Source: Octopus sinensis
Taxonomy: Eukaryota
Length of the DNA: 64,000 nucleotides
Direction: 5' to 3'
Assembly (NCBI RefSeq): GCF_006345805.1
Contig: NC_043000.1
Span: 76,632,001 to 76,696,000, forward strand
In this document: in pieces, positions 1 through 13,162 of the stretch
Position numbering within the stretch: the stretch's first letter is position 1
Layout of the letters: the number at the start of each line of letters is the position of its first letter
Notes under the pieces: model-generated
Told to the model about the DNA's origin: nothing
The model's database searches: none
Seen by the model: the letters and a program-made list of their open reading frames with translations, nothing else
Made by a program: the position numbers and the translations under genes

Positions 1-244
1 CGGAGCTTTATTTATTGCAAATATGATTTGTATCGCCTGTCATTTTATCGGAATTTTCTGTCTAATCTCGGTATGAAACGAACTGTATGTGATTCTTGAT
101 TACTAAATTTTCTTGGGCATATTTATGCCCGAGACTAACAAACTGCGTTTTACCACAGTCACTCTATTAATCCAACAACAATGTTATATATATGTATATA
201 TTTATATACATACATATATACATATGCATATGTCTGTGTGTATA

Positions 245-315
<71 letters not shown>

Positions 316-560
316 AAGTACGTATACATACATGCAAACACAGCACACACATATATACACATATATAATTGCATATATATATTAGACAATGGAGAACAGA
401 ACGCGACTTCAAAAAGGGTTTCAGTAAACCTTCCCTGTCCAAATTATATATCAAATTATATATAAACAAAACTGTCCGACGAACGGGTACGTGAAACTCT
501 GAGTAACACTTTTTGTGATATGTTTGCTGCTTTGCAATAAAGTATATATATATATATATA

Positions 561-1322
561 CAGGGGTTGGTCAAAGTAATGGAAACACCTTAAAATTTCA
601 AACAAATTTATTTTAATATGGGGTAGAACCGCCTTTGGCATTAATTACTGCTTGGATTCTAAGAGGTATGGACTTGTACAAAGTTTGAATTGTTTCCAAA
701 GGAATTTTTGTCCATTCTTCAGCTAAAACAGTCTCCAGTACTTGTAGTGATGATGGTGGAGGATATCGACTCCTTACTTGTTTTTCTAAAATGCACGATA
801 AATATTCAATAATATCGAGATCTGTGGACTGTGGTGGCCACATAAGATGTTCAACTTCACCAGAATGTTCCTCGTGTCATTCAGTAACAACTTTAGCTGA
901 AAGATTTCGTTTCCTTCCGGAAACAGTTTTGCAACTATAGGATGAATTTGATCAGATAAAATGCTCTAGGGACCAATTCCACTGCTCTAGGGACTAATTC
1001 TGTAGGTTTTTTTACTCCACTCTAAACGCTTTGCAACGTTTGGTTTTTGAAAGTAGTGGTTTTCTGATTGCAGCCCTCCCGTGAAATCCGGCTTTGTGCA
1101 AGCTCCCAGCGAACACTTTTTGTGGAAACTGGGTTCTCGACGCGGTTATTAAGCTCTGCAGTAATTTTGGGAGCTGTACATTTGTGAGCCTTTCTAACAA
1201 TTCGCGTCAAGCGTCCGACGGTCCCTATCTGAAAGTTTTGGTTTTCTTCCGGAGTTTTGATTCAACGAGGAGGTTTTTCCCCCCGTTCTCATAGGCTGCC
1301 ATTACTTCTTGATACAACAAAC
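561..1322 (-). mobile_element. Tc1-family DNA transposon, truncated and internally deleted
   Basis: TA then TIR CAGGGGTTGGTCAAAGTAATGGAAACACC at 561; minus-strand ...DLDIIEYL..ILEKQVRSRYPPPSSLQ...AVINAKGGSTPY; homologous to 16142-17394 but lacks about 200 bp of the catalytic region and the 5' end. Confidence 0.9.
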
Positions 1323-1543
1323 ATTCGTTTTTTGTGCTAAGCCACTGGTAATAATAATTTATTATTACCCTATTTTATTATGTTTAAATATTGTTTGATA
1401 AATTTGTTCGAAATTTTTACCGGCATCCTCTCTGTCGCCGGGTATAATTTGCGTCTGCGCAGTGGTTTGAAAAGTTAGGATTTACAAACCGTTAGTTCTA
1501 CGTGTGGATCTGGCGGCCTGTATGTCTGAAATCTAAAGGCTGT

Positions 1544-1611
1544 CCCACTGAAGAAAACTGGCCTTCAGCGAGTATTTTTTTGCTGGAAATAGTTAGAAAC
1601 CGCTGTCTGGG
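1544..1611 (+). ncRNA. Minimal hammerhead-like fold
   Basis: CCCA-CTGAAGA-AAACT...AGTTA-GAAAC-cgct-GTC-TGGG; homologue at 8537-8602(-). Confidence 0.7.
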
Positions 1612-2258
1612 AAATAGTTGAGATGGTACACGTTTTTAATTTTCATTCCTTTCGTGAATTTATCCATTTTTGTTGGTTTTGAGATTTCTACTGCTCTTTC
1701 TAGCACAACGCTTTCCTATTTGGAAGCCTCTTATTGTATTTATATATGAATAATATATAGTCTAATGACTAATTCGTTTTTTGTGCTAGGCCACTGGTAA
1801 TAATAATTTATTATTACCCTATTTTATTATGTTTAAATATATATATATATATATTTTTAAAGAGTATAACAATTCAATTAGTATGAAATCAAATTTCACA
1901 ATATAAATATATAATATATATAAATTAGAGAAAAACTATTATTATGCAATTAAAATAATGATAGACATAAACCAAATCATGAATAAAAAATATTATATAT
2001 TTTAAAACATATAACCAGATCACAAAAAGTACAAAAATGAATAAACTATTAATTATTACATACTGTTTATTCATTTTTGTACTTTTTGTGATCTGGTTAT
2101 ATGTTTTAAAATATATTTTATTTTATACTTATGATTTGGTTATGTCTATCATTGTTTGAATTGCATAATAGTGGTTTTTCTCTAATTTATATTTTATTAT
2201 ATTATATTTTATATATATATATATATATATCTATATATATATATATATATATATATAT

Positions 2259-2873
2259 GAATAAAAAATGGAGTTAACGCAGGTTTAAACAAGTATTTTT
2301 ACTTTCTACATATGTTTCAAGAATTCCACTGATACTTATTCAAAAGAATAAAAGTATAAACAATGCAATCTTCTCTTCGGGAAAGTGAAAAAACGAAACT
2401 TGTCAATACGACATTTTAGCAAAAATTGATGGATTCGTATAGCGATAGACAGAACGCTATTAATATTGTTTAAAAAAAACGTTATATGATATAACGTCAT
2501 AAGTAGCTAACAGAAAGAGTAGGAATATTAATAGTGAATGTTAAATATAAAGGAAATTAAAGTCTAAACTATATATAATGATAGAGACTACTTATATGCA
2601 CTAAAAGTATGTTTCTGCCAATGCTTACATCTGTATGCTCGTTCTATAACCGTGTTTACTAGAGTATTTTTAGAAAAAATAATGAAAAATAGCTCAGAAT
2701 TGCAGAGAAGACATTTTTTATTCATATTATTCAAATATTCAACGTAAATACGAAGTTTCAACCTTTATAAACAAGGAGTTACAACATCTTTACTTGTGAG
2801 ATTTTTGCTGCCCTGGTAACTATTCATTCATTTATCCGTGTTAATTGTTAACAAGGTAAAATACACTCATCTA

Positions 2874-2914
<41 letters not shown>

Positions 2915-3048
2915 TGCTGTGTGGTAAGAAGCTTGCTTCCCAATCACATGGTTCCGGGTTCAGTCCACTGCATGGTACCTTTGGCAAGTGCCTTCTATTA
3001 TAACCTCGGGCCGACCAAAGCCTTGTGAGTGGATTTGGTATATATATA

Positions 3049-3127
<79 letters not shown>

Positions 3128-3762
3128 TAAAAAATGGAGTTAACGCAGGTTTAAACAAGTATTTTTACTTTCTACATATGTTTCAAGAATTCCACTGATA
3201 CTTATTCAAAAGAATAAAAGGTATAAACAATGCAATCTTCTCTTCGGGAAAGTGAAAAAACGAAACTTGTCAATACGACATTTTAGCAAAAATTGATGGA
3301 TTCGTATAGCGATAGACAGAACGCTATTAATATTGTTTAAAAAAACGTTATATGATATAACGTCATAAGTAGCTAACAGAAAGAGTAGGAATATTAATAG
3401 TGAATGTTAAATATAAAGGAAATTAAAGTCTAAACTATATATAATGATAGAGACTACTTATATGCACTAAAAGTATGTTTCTGCCAATGCTTACATCTGT
3501 ATGCTCGTTCTATAACCGTGTTTACTAGAGTATTTTTAGAAAAAATAATGAAAAATAGCTCAGAATTGCAGAGAAGACATTTTTTATTCATATTATTCAA
3601 ATATTCAACGTAAATACGAAGTTTCAACCTTTATAAACAAGGAGTTACAACATCTTTACTTGTGAGATTTTTGCTGCCCTGGTAACTATTCATTCATTTA
3701 TCCGTGTTAATTGTTAACAAGGTAAAATACACTCATCTATCTATCTATATATATATATATAG

Positions 3763-3807
<45 letters not shown>

Positions 3808-3932
3808 TGCTGTGTGGTAAGAAGCTTGCTTCCCAATCACATGGTTCCGGGTTCAGTCCCACTGCATGGTACCTTTGGCAAGTGCCTTCTATTATAACCT
3901 CGGGCCGACCAAAGCCTTGTGAGTGGATTTGG

Positions 3933-3934
<2 letters not shown>
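2259..3934. repeat. Tandem duplication of about 0.87 kb
   Basis: 2259-3040 repeated at 3125-3934; breakpoints in (TA)n. Confidence 0.95.
2301..2386 (-). ncRNA. Hammerhead-like fold with U4C change (duplicate at 3167-3253)
   Basis: ACTTTC-CCGAAGA-GAAGATT...AATTCTT-GAA-ACATATGT-A-GAAAGT. Confidence 0.6.
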
Positions 3935-3990
<56 letters not shown>

Positions 3991-4180
3991 ATGTGTGTGT
4001 ATTTGAATGTTAAGTGTTTGTCCTCCTACCATCGCTTGACAATCGATGATGGTGTGTTTATGTCCCTGTAATCTAGCGGTTCGGCAAAAGAGACCGATAG
4101 AATAAGTACTAGGCTTACAAACAATAAGTCCTGGAGTTCGGCTAAAGATGGGGCCTCAGCATGGCCGCAATAAAGTGAAA

Positions 4181-4229
<49 letters not shown>

Positions 4230-4261
4230 AGTAAAAGTATATATATATGCATATATGTTTG

Positions 4262-4560
4262 TATATATACGTGGGTTGCACGAAAAATTCAGTTAAATCG
4301 AGAATTTATAATCACAAATCTTCTTTAAGGGACCCTATAAAAGGGAATAGTACAAGTCTATCTAAAATAATTTGGCACCTCAAAAGAAACAATACTGATT
4401 TCTCCATCTCTTGGAAAATCCTATCTTAAGAAATAATAATAATAATAATAATAAAATTTGTAGGTTGTGTTTGGAAGAAAGCTATAACATAATAATTGAA
4501 TGGAAATTTGATTAATACTAGGGATGAAAAAAGTTTTCTCATGTAAACACAACCAAATTA
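4262..4560 (+). pseudogene. GIY-YIG end of a Penelope-like element
   Basis: YVGCTKNSVKSRIYNHKSS...STSLSKIIWHLK...ISWKIL then CRLCLEE and a terminal C.H motif. Confidence 0.8.
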
Positions 4561-6503
4561 CTATTCATCAATCTTAAATAATTCATCACTCTCCTCTTGC
4601 TTAGATTAGTTTTTTAAAAATATATCTATATATTAACTTTTTGTATGGAATACAATTACTCATTACATCCCCTTTACATCACTATACCTTATGCCATCTT
4701 TTGACTTTTTTTATTTTACATTTCCATCTAACAATTGCATGACCCACCATATATAGGGCTATGACTTATCTATCTCCCCTACACCTCTTTTTCTCTCCAT
4801 ATGTCTAGATAAAAGAAATTATATCTTTCCTTAGTATGTAATATACCTATAAAATTTTGCATAATGTGTTCATGTAACCCCCTCAACATACTCATTCCAA
4901 CTATTACTAGTTTATGTTACTTGTCACTATACCTAATAATTACATATATTTTACTGCTGATATATGCATAAATGTATACACATATAGTACTTCTTTGTAT
5001 CTTACTTGTCTACAACCATGGGTGTATATCTAGGAAAGAATTTTATATGTCATCTTTGTGTGTATATCTATTGTTTTGTGTTTGTATACTATATGTTGGT
5101 ACTAACATGTATTTGTAATACGAACGTGTGTATTTGAGTATATACATATGTTTCGCATACATATATATATACTACTCATTATGTGTATGTATTTATATCT
5201 ATATGTGTGTACCTCTTCTCTCTTTGCACCGGTACGTGTATATTTTTGTACGATATTTCTTTTTTTTATGTATACATCATACAACAACTAGAATTCCAAT
5301 ATCTATATATACTAATGTGCATATATGCCACTACTCACATACAAGTAAATATACAAACACTTTTCTCCTTACAAGATATTTTTCTTTTTTTCTCCGACCT
5401 TATGTATAAATTTTTGTACACTTATGTGCAACCTCCTACTCGTATTTTTCTTATCTACATAATTGATATCAATACTACCCTACTACCAATGCATAGCCCT
5501 CTCACATAAGGCTAAGTTAGATTTTTTTTATTTCATAATAAATTTTTATTTATACTAAAACACAGCTACTGTATAACCTTACGCATCAATACATAAATAA
5601 AATAAACCTTTTTATTTATTTACTACTTTCATTCCCAGCTCATTTATCTCCCCTACATTGATTTATTTATTTCTTCGTATTCCTACATTTATTTCCGTAT
5701 TTCAACTACACTTCTTTCATCTTCATAGCCACAACAAGTATTTTCTATTTAAATTGTAATATCAACAACTATTTTTCTGTTTTACTTATATTTAATACAT
5801 ACTAACTAGCTATCTAGTATTAGCTCTTTATAAAGTATCTCCTAAAAGTTAACTTCCTTCTCATTGGACATTTCTAACACAATTTTTCCCTACGCTACTT
5901 ATATGGAATTAAAATTTCTAATCTCTTGCTCATCTATAGAGGGAATGTCTCTGATTCCGCTTTACTTATATTTTCAAATAACCGTTATAGCCTTTAGTTA
6001 TAGTTAATATCTAACTTGACTCACGTCTCTTTCTCATAAGGATAATAATATGAATCTCATACATTCTATTCTTCTGCTATATCCTTTCTCAAGTTGATTG
6101 TAAATTTTGTTTATACCTCCTGTACTGAAGAGTAAATTGATATATATAATTACATTAAATTAATTTAATTCAATTCAATCATGAAATTGCATTATTATTT
6201 TAATATCTCTGTACAAAACGATCGTCTGCATGAATTAAAATTCTCTTACATATTTTAACAATTTGTCTTCTCCATTTTTATCTAAATTAATGAGTTTTAT
6301 GGGACTTCTTTCATAAATTCATATACAAGTATTACTTACATATACAAGTATTACTTACATATTCGCAAACTTTACACCTATAAACTTAAACTACCAGCAA
6401 AATATAAAGAATAAACATTAGAAATGGTTTTTGAAAACTTCTAAATTAAAGGACGAATTACACCTACATTAGTACACACACACATACACATATAATAATA
6501 ATG

Positions 6504-6573
<70 letters not shown>

Positions 6574-6583
6574 TAACAATAAT

Positions 6584-7135
6584 AAATGCCCTGATGCAGT
6601 ACAAATGCCCTGATGCAGTACCAGGCAGTGGCTCTCGTGGCTTCTGATCTTCACTGATTGGAAGTGTTATCATGTACATTGTTTTGTCTTGGTATAAAAG
6701 ATGGGCTACAGCAAATATTCTGCTCAATACCACAGATTTGCTTGTCAGTTATTTGACCTTAACCAGTTGAGCATGTCCTTTAGTGGCTGACGATATGTGC
6801 ATCTCTGATCATGAGCAGAAGTGGTGGGGGAGCATCATAGCCATGTATTGAGAGGGATTCTTTGGGGTTTGATTAATTCACTTCTGGAAACATGGGTATT
6901 TCGTTCAGCATCCTTAAACAACCCTTATTCAGGGACTTCTTGTGCGGGATGGGTTACTCGACCAGAAGAAAATTCTAACTGGGTCATGTGCTGTTTATCT
7001 TGATATGAGATCACCATGTTGCGCACATATGGTTGTGATGCATGTGCCTAATGTACCCTTATCAGACGGGTAGTCATGATGGGTATAGTGGGTTTCGTAT
7101 ATTTTAGACTTTGATGGCATGAACTGCTCTCTCAC

Positions 7136-7137
<2 letters not shown>
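6584..7137 (+). mobile_element. About 550-bp non-coding element inserted in (TAA)n, copy 1
   Basis: AAATGCCCTGATGCAGTAC...GAACTGCTCTCTCACT between (AAT)n tracts; homologous to 7233-7786, 25438-25801, 26020-26064(-), 26242-26671(-), 28790-28935. Confidence 0.8.
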
Positions 7138-7220
<83 letters not shown>

Positions 7221-7232
7221 AATAACAATAAT

Positions 7233-7784
7233 AAATGCCCTGATGCAGTACAAATGCCCTGATGCAGTACCAGGCAGTGGCTCTCGTGGCTTCTGATCTT
7301 CACTGATTGGAAGTGTTATCATGTACATTGTTTTGTCTTGGTATAAAAGATGGGCTACAGCAAATATTCTGCTCAATACCACAGATTTGCTTGTCAGTTA
7401 TTTGACCTTAACCAGTTGAGCATGTCCTTTAGTGGCTGACGATATGTGCATCTCTGATCATGAGCAGAAGTGGTGGGGGAGCATCATAGCCATGTATTGA
7501 GAGGGATTCTTTGGGGTTTGATTAATTCACTTCTGGAAACATGGGTATTTCGTTCAGCATCCTTAAACAACCCTTATTCAGGGACTTCTTGTGCGGGATG
7601 GGTTACTCGACCAGAAGAAAATTCTAACTGGGTCATGTGCTGTTTATCTTGATATGAGATCACCATGTTGCGCACATATGGTTGTGATGCATGTGCCTAA
7701 TGTACCCTTATCAGACGGGTAGTCATGATGGGTATAGTGGGTTTCGTATATTTTAGACTTTGATGGCATGAACTGCTCTCTCAC

Positions 7785-7786
<2 letters not shown>
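7233..7786 (+). mobile_element. (TAA)n-associated element, copy 2 (tandem duplicate of copy 1)
   Basis: Appears identical to 6584-7137 at offset 649, including the doubled 5' start and the same internal deletions. Confidence 0.8.
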
Positions 7787-7839
<53 letters not shown>

Positions 7840-8112
7840 CAACAACAACAACAAACACAACAACAACAATAATTTATTAAGTAACGATAAGATGGATTTT
7901 GGTATTTAATCTTTATTTTGTACAACCATCCTACTACTGTTCCTTATGAGTGGGACTCCGTTCAACATGCTGTGTTGCATCCATTTTGCAGTCTAGGTCT
8001 CATCAGGTACAGCAGTACATAAAGTTGTTATAAGCGTGTCTGGTTAGGGAATGACACGTTGTTATAAGCGTGTCTGGTTAGGGAATGAAACTTCGTGCTG
8101 CATCACGAAGTT

Positions 8113-8161
8113 TTGTCTGTGAACAGGTCGCTGTCTGAAAGTGACGAAAATATTTTGACAA
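8113..8161 (+). ncRNA. Variant hammerhead fold with G3-C8 core
   Basis: TTGTCT-GTGAACA-G-GTCGC-tgtctgaaa-GTGAC-GAA-AATATT-T-TGACAA. Confidence 0.6.
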
Positions 8162-8318
8162 ATTAAATTTAAATGTTGAAGTGAATCTAACGGTTTTTGT
8201 GTGTTTCTTAAATGGCTTATAAACACCTTCCACGCTGCAATTGTTTTCGTTCCAGCACACGATCTCAGATCAAGTCACTCGCTATGCAAGTACATCTCCG
8301 TAATATATATATATATAT

Positions 8319-8384
<66 letters not shown>

Positions 8385-8536
8385 TCATAAAAATATCGTG
8401 TACATTAGAACACATTAAGACGCTTCCAAATAGGAAAGCCTTGTGCTAGAAAGTGCAGTAGAAAACTCAAACCACTAATTATGGATAAATTCTCGAAAGG
8501 ATTGAAAATTAAAAACGTTTACCATCTAATTTAGTT

Positions 8537-8602
8537 CCTAGACCATTGTTTCTAACTCATTCCAGTAAAAAAAATTCACCGAGGCTAGTTTTCGTCAGTA
8601 GG
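8537..8602 (-). ncRNA. Minimal hammerhead-like fold, homologue of 1544-1611
   Basis: CCTA-CTGACGA-AAACT...AGTTA-GAAAC-aatg-GTC-TAGG; stem I covaries with the other copy. Confidence 0.7.
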
Positions 8603-8732
8603 GAGCCTTTAGATTTCAAATATACACACAACTAGATTCGCATGTAAACTAGTTGCCTGTGCTAGGCCACAGGTAATAATAATTTCTATAATTCTTATTA
8701 CCCTAATATTATTATTATTATTATTATAATAT

Positions 8733-8827
<95 letters not shown>

Positions 8828-9264
8828 CGTACACACCTACATACATATATCTTCATAGTCACTCACGCACGCACACACACATACGCAGGTATAAGCATAT
8901 ACCCATTCTTTTATTTCAGTCATTTGACTGCGGCCATGCTGGAGCACCGTTTTTAGTTGAACAAATCAAGCCCAGGACATATTCTTTGTACGGCTAGTAC
9001 TTAGTCTATCGGATTCTATTGCCGAACTGCTAAGTTACGGGGGCATAAACACACCAGCATCGGTTGTCAAGCGCTGTGGGGGACAAACACAGACACACAA
9101 ATATATACACATACATACATACATACATACATACGTACATACATACATACATACATACATACATACATACATACATACATACATACATACATACACACAT
9201 ACATACATGCATGCATACATACATAATACATACATACATACATACATACATACATACAACATAC

Positions 9265-9355
<91 letters not shown>

Positions 9356-9525
9356 CAATAATAACAAAGGGTAAAATTAATTAATTAACTAGTAATCAAT
9401 AATTTCACCAAGTAGAATTCGGTATGAAAAAGGACCATTTCACGGTAAATTAAAGTAATACTTTATAATAGGGTTCAGCAAGATTTGCTTTACCACATAC
9501 TGTGGTAAAGCAAATCTTTGCTGAA

Positions 9526-10090
9526 TCCTTTTTCATGCCGAATTCTACTTGGTGAAATTATTGATTACTAGTTAATTAATTAATTTTACCCTTTGTTATT
9601 ATTGGTAATATAATTTTCTCCCTGATAATAAACTACAGATTTTTTCTGTAGTATTTTACTTGACGACACACGTGGATGGGCAGGGGAAGGTAATGAACTT
9701 CATTCGTATATTTTTAAATTCGGCGGTACTGACGTTGAATTTGATCTGTCTGATACCGTTAGTTGGAGAGATATGTTCGGTTCTTCCAGTGCCTTCGAAT
9801 TTAATATTTTTAATATCTAATATTGTGAAGTCCCATGATGATGAAGAAAATGTTCGGGTAAAGTATAAATTACACATTCTTTATACCGATCTAATTCCGA
9901 AACGCGTACATGGGTAATCTAATATCGATTGATTTTCGTTATTTTTCCTCTCTGCCTTCGTGGATTGTTTTCGAGTAATTTGTTTCTTCCGGGAGTCTTT
10001 TTTTAAAGTAGAGGAAATAGCTAAGGTTCTTTGGCTGCTATTTCTAAACTTCGGTATGTGGTAAAGCAAATCTGTGCTGAATCTTATTAT
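9526..10090 (-). mobile_element. Probable PLE-derived fragment with short terminal direct repeat
   Basis: TTCAGCA..GATTTGCTTTACCACA occurs at both ends; related sequence at 61380-61990; weak NG.Q..I.RQYRR / YLPLP similarity. Confidence 0.45.
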
Positions 10091-10101
10091 AAAGTATATA
10101 T

Positions 10102-10154
<53 letters not shown>

Positions 10155-11239
10155 TATATATTCATAATATAACTTAATATAATAATGTGTATTACTTTTG
10201 TTGAAATACATATTCATCAATTGTATACCTGAAATATGGTCTTTTGCGACAGAAACAGCTTTCTTGTTAAAGTAAATAAATAATCCATATTACCATCAAA
10301 ACCTGTTCCATTTATTTGATGACATTTATTGGACTCCAATGATTTTTATTTATATATATTCATACGGAAATGATAGGAATCCCTTAAATAAAGTATTATA
10401 AAAAAACGTTGGAAACCTAGGGAATAATGCCCTAAACGGAAGAAGTATTTTCATCCGGAAAATATATATATATATATACAAGCACACACATATATATGCG
10501 ACCCACATACATCCGCATACACGCGCGTATGCATAAATGCGCACTTACTCCCCACAGACACACATGTATACGTATATCCACACAAGCATACACGCACGCA
10601 TATACTTACACACAAGCACATACACATGCCTGCATCCCGTTTAGTTTTTGAAGCAGTAACTTTGTTGGTACATTTCATTAATATACAGCTGTATGAACAC
10701 CAATATCTGCACACGAGTATAAATATATAAACAAGCCTGTTTTACTCTTTAGATAATTCATATATTACATTAATCTAGAAGCTATGCTCTAGTACCCATT
10801 TATTTGTATATTTTAGTGACTAAGGTTGTGTACCAAAGATATCATGTAGGAACATATATAAATATAACTATGTCTAAGCATAATTAACACAATAAAGCAA
10901 ATTTTTTGTCTCTTTAGTTAACCAGTCTATTACGTTTTTTTAAAAAAAGCTATACTCTAGTTACCTATTGTTGCGTTCTGCAAGTTTCCCAAGCGAACGT
11001 AGCTAAATACATGTAGCGTTCTCATCTGGCCCTTCCTTAGTATAGGTTACATGGTTGCAGTTCATGAGGTTTTCACTCAGGGGTGGGTTAATCCGAGTTG
11101 TCGGAGTTATGGTTTGTATCGGCTAGATGTGGTTTACACTGTACTGTGTGGACATGTGTTTAGCTGTATGCATACCTCTGGGCAGTCGATCAACAAATCT
11201 ATTCATAATCCGCTCTTTTGTCAACAATATTGACAGCAA

Positions 11240-12130
11240 TTCCTCGGAACGTTGCAGGCATTTCCGGATAGCGTGTTATACGGACTCCCATGTTTAATTA
11301 TTGACCAGCTCAGGTCGTATTTTAGCCTCTCCTATTTGAGTCGCCAGACGAAATCGGCCAGTGATGTTGCATGTCGTTTAAGGATTTTTTTTTAGAAAGC
11401 TGGCAATGTGGTTTCGATCTGTTTTTGGAGATATCAACCGATGCACCGATATATACGTACGGACCTCCTCTAGTATTTACAGTACACTTGTAAACACATT
11501 GCGAGTCTTGCATTGGTTACCCAGAGGACATTTCGAAGGTCTCTGCATGAGCGTAGTTTGTCAGTTCTTCGTTTGCGTGTGTACAGCCGGTACCTGCCTG
11601 CTCGGTTCTATTTATATTCGTGCTCGTGTCTACCTTATTATTTTCATTATTTCTGGGTGTGTTTGTTTGTTGCTTGAACTGTGTCTATCATGTGTTGGTT
11701 GGTTAGTAAAGTTGTTGCAGTTGTTTTTCTCTCGGTTGGTTAGTGTTATTGTTCGAGTCATTGTTATTGTGACGCGTTATGTGATTTGCACTGTCTCTAG
11801 GGTTGTTATATGTGCCTCTGTCAAGTCTTGAGGGCCTATTTTCGATGTTTCCTGCATGCTGTCTTAGTTTTCGGTTGTTAATTCTATGAATGTGGTGCTC
11901 CATATTCGATGAATTTGCATACGACAGTTTTACAGTGTGCCGGTTGTATAGCTGGCTGTACGTGCTGTTTTTAGAGAAGCAACGATCGAGTGCAGCGAGG
12001 AACTATTTCCCGAACCTGGATGAGATGTTCGAGTCCCAGATAGCGTTGTATCAGAGGACATCATGCTTCTTGTATCTCCTATTAGTTTTTTTTCTTATTA
12101 ATAGTTATACTTACAAATGTTTGCAATTCT
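11240..12130 (-). pseudogene. 3' fragment of Penelope-like element (linker plus GIY-YIG)
   Basis: FLAALDRCF...NRHTVKLSY..NM and CVYKCTVNT....VYIGAS motifs. Confidence 0.75.
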
Positions 12131-12246
12131 TATTATGGAAAGTAATTGAAAATTGTAGCAATGTTTCATTCCATAACCAGACGGGCATATAACAATCTAG
12201 CAGCCTAAACTCAGAATATTTAGTGAAGCACAACTTTATGTATGGA

Positions 12247-12352
12247 TGTACCTGATGAGGCCCAGACTTCAAAATAGATGCAACACAAGATGTTGAACGG
12301 AGTCTCACTCATACGGGACAGTAGTAGGATTGGTCGAAACGACCGTTGTACA
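12247..12352 (+). ncRNA. Minimal type-I hammerhead ribozyme, canonical core
   Basis: TGTAC-CTGATGA-GGCC...GGTC-GAAAC-gacc-GTT-GTACA; stem I 5 bp; predicted cleavage after 12347. Confidence 0.75.
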
Positions 12353-12548
12353 AAATAAAGATTAATACCAAATCCATCTTCTGGTTACTTAATAAATTAT
12401 CATTATCTCAACGAACACTACAGAGTTCCTGAAGTAGATCCAACGGAAATATACCCCGACTGCGGATGACACCAGGTAGCCCAAACTGTGCCAGTGCTCT
12501 ACTAAACACTTCGCCACACTAATCAACACATACCCATTAGTTCAAAAT

Positions 12549-12586
<38 letters not shown>

Positions 12587-12632
12587 TGTATGTATGTATG
12601 TATGTATGTATGTATGTATGCATGAATGTATG

Positions 12633-12693
<61 letters not shown>

Positions 12694-12789
12694 TATATAC
12701 AGAGAGAGAGAGAAGAGAGAGAGGAGAGAGAGAGAGAGAGAGAGAGAAAGAGTATTAAAGAAAATAATATTCATTATCACCAATACTCG

Positions 12790-13162
12790 TGGCACTCTGT
12801 CGGTTACGACGACGAGGGTTCCAGTTGATCCGATCAACGGAGCAGCCTGCTTGTGAAATTAACGTGCAAGTGGCTAAGCACTCCAGACATGTGTATCTTT
12901 AACGTAGTTTTCGGGGAGATTCAGTGTGACGCAGTGTGTGACAAGGCTGTCCCTTTGAAATACAGATACAACACAAACAGAAAGAACGTGTGAAAGTTGT
13001 GGTGAAAGAGTACAGGAAGGTTCGCCACCACCTCCTGCCGGAGCTTCGTGGAGCTTTAGGTATTTTTGCTCAGGAAACACTCACAACGCCCGGTCTGGGA
13101 ATCGAAACCGCGATCCCTCGACCGCGAATCCGCTGCCCTAACTACCGGGCCATTGCGCGTCC
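12790..13162 (-). mobile_element. Third tRNA-derived SINE family
   Basis: GCGCAATGGCCCGGTAGTTAGGGCAGCGG...GGTTTCGATTCCC head; 5' half also at 49650-49817(+), inserted in a PLE. Confidence 0.8.

Noticed and set aside
6121-6226. CTGAAGA...GAAAT hammerhead-like motif
   Set aside because: Stem I partner is displaced and there is no valid UH site; at best a decayed relic.
6584-6660. HDV-like ribozyme at the 5' end of the (TAA)n element (CTCTCGTGGC resembles the R2 L3/P3)
   Set aside because: No P1 partner could be found.
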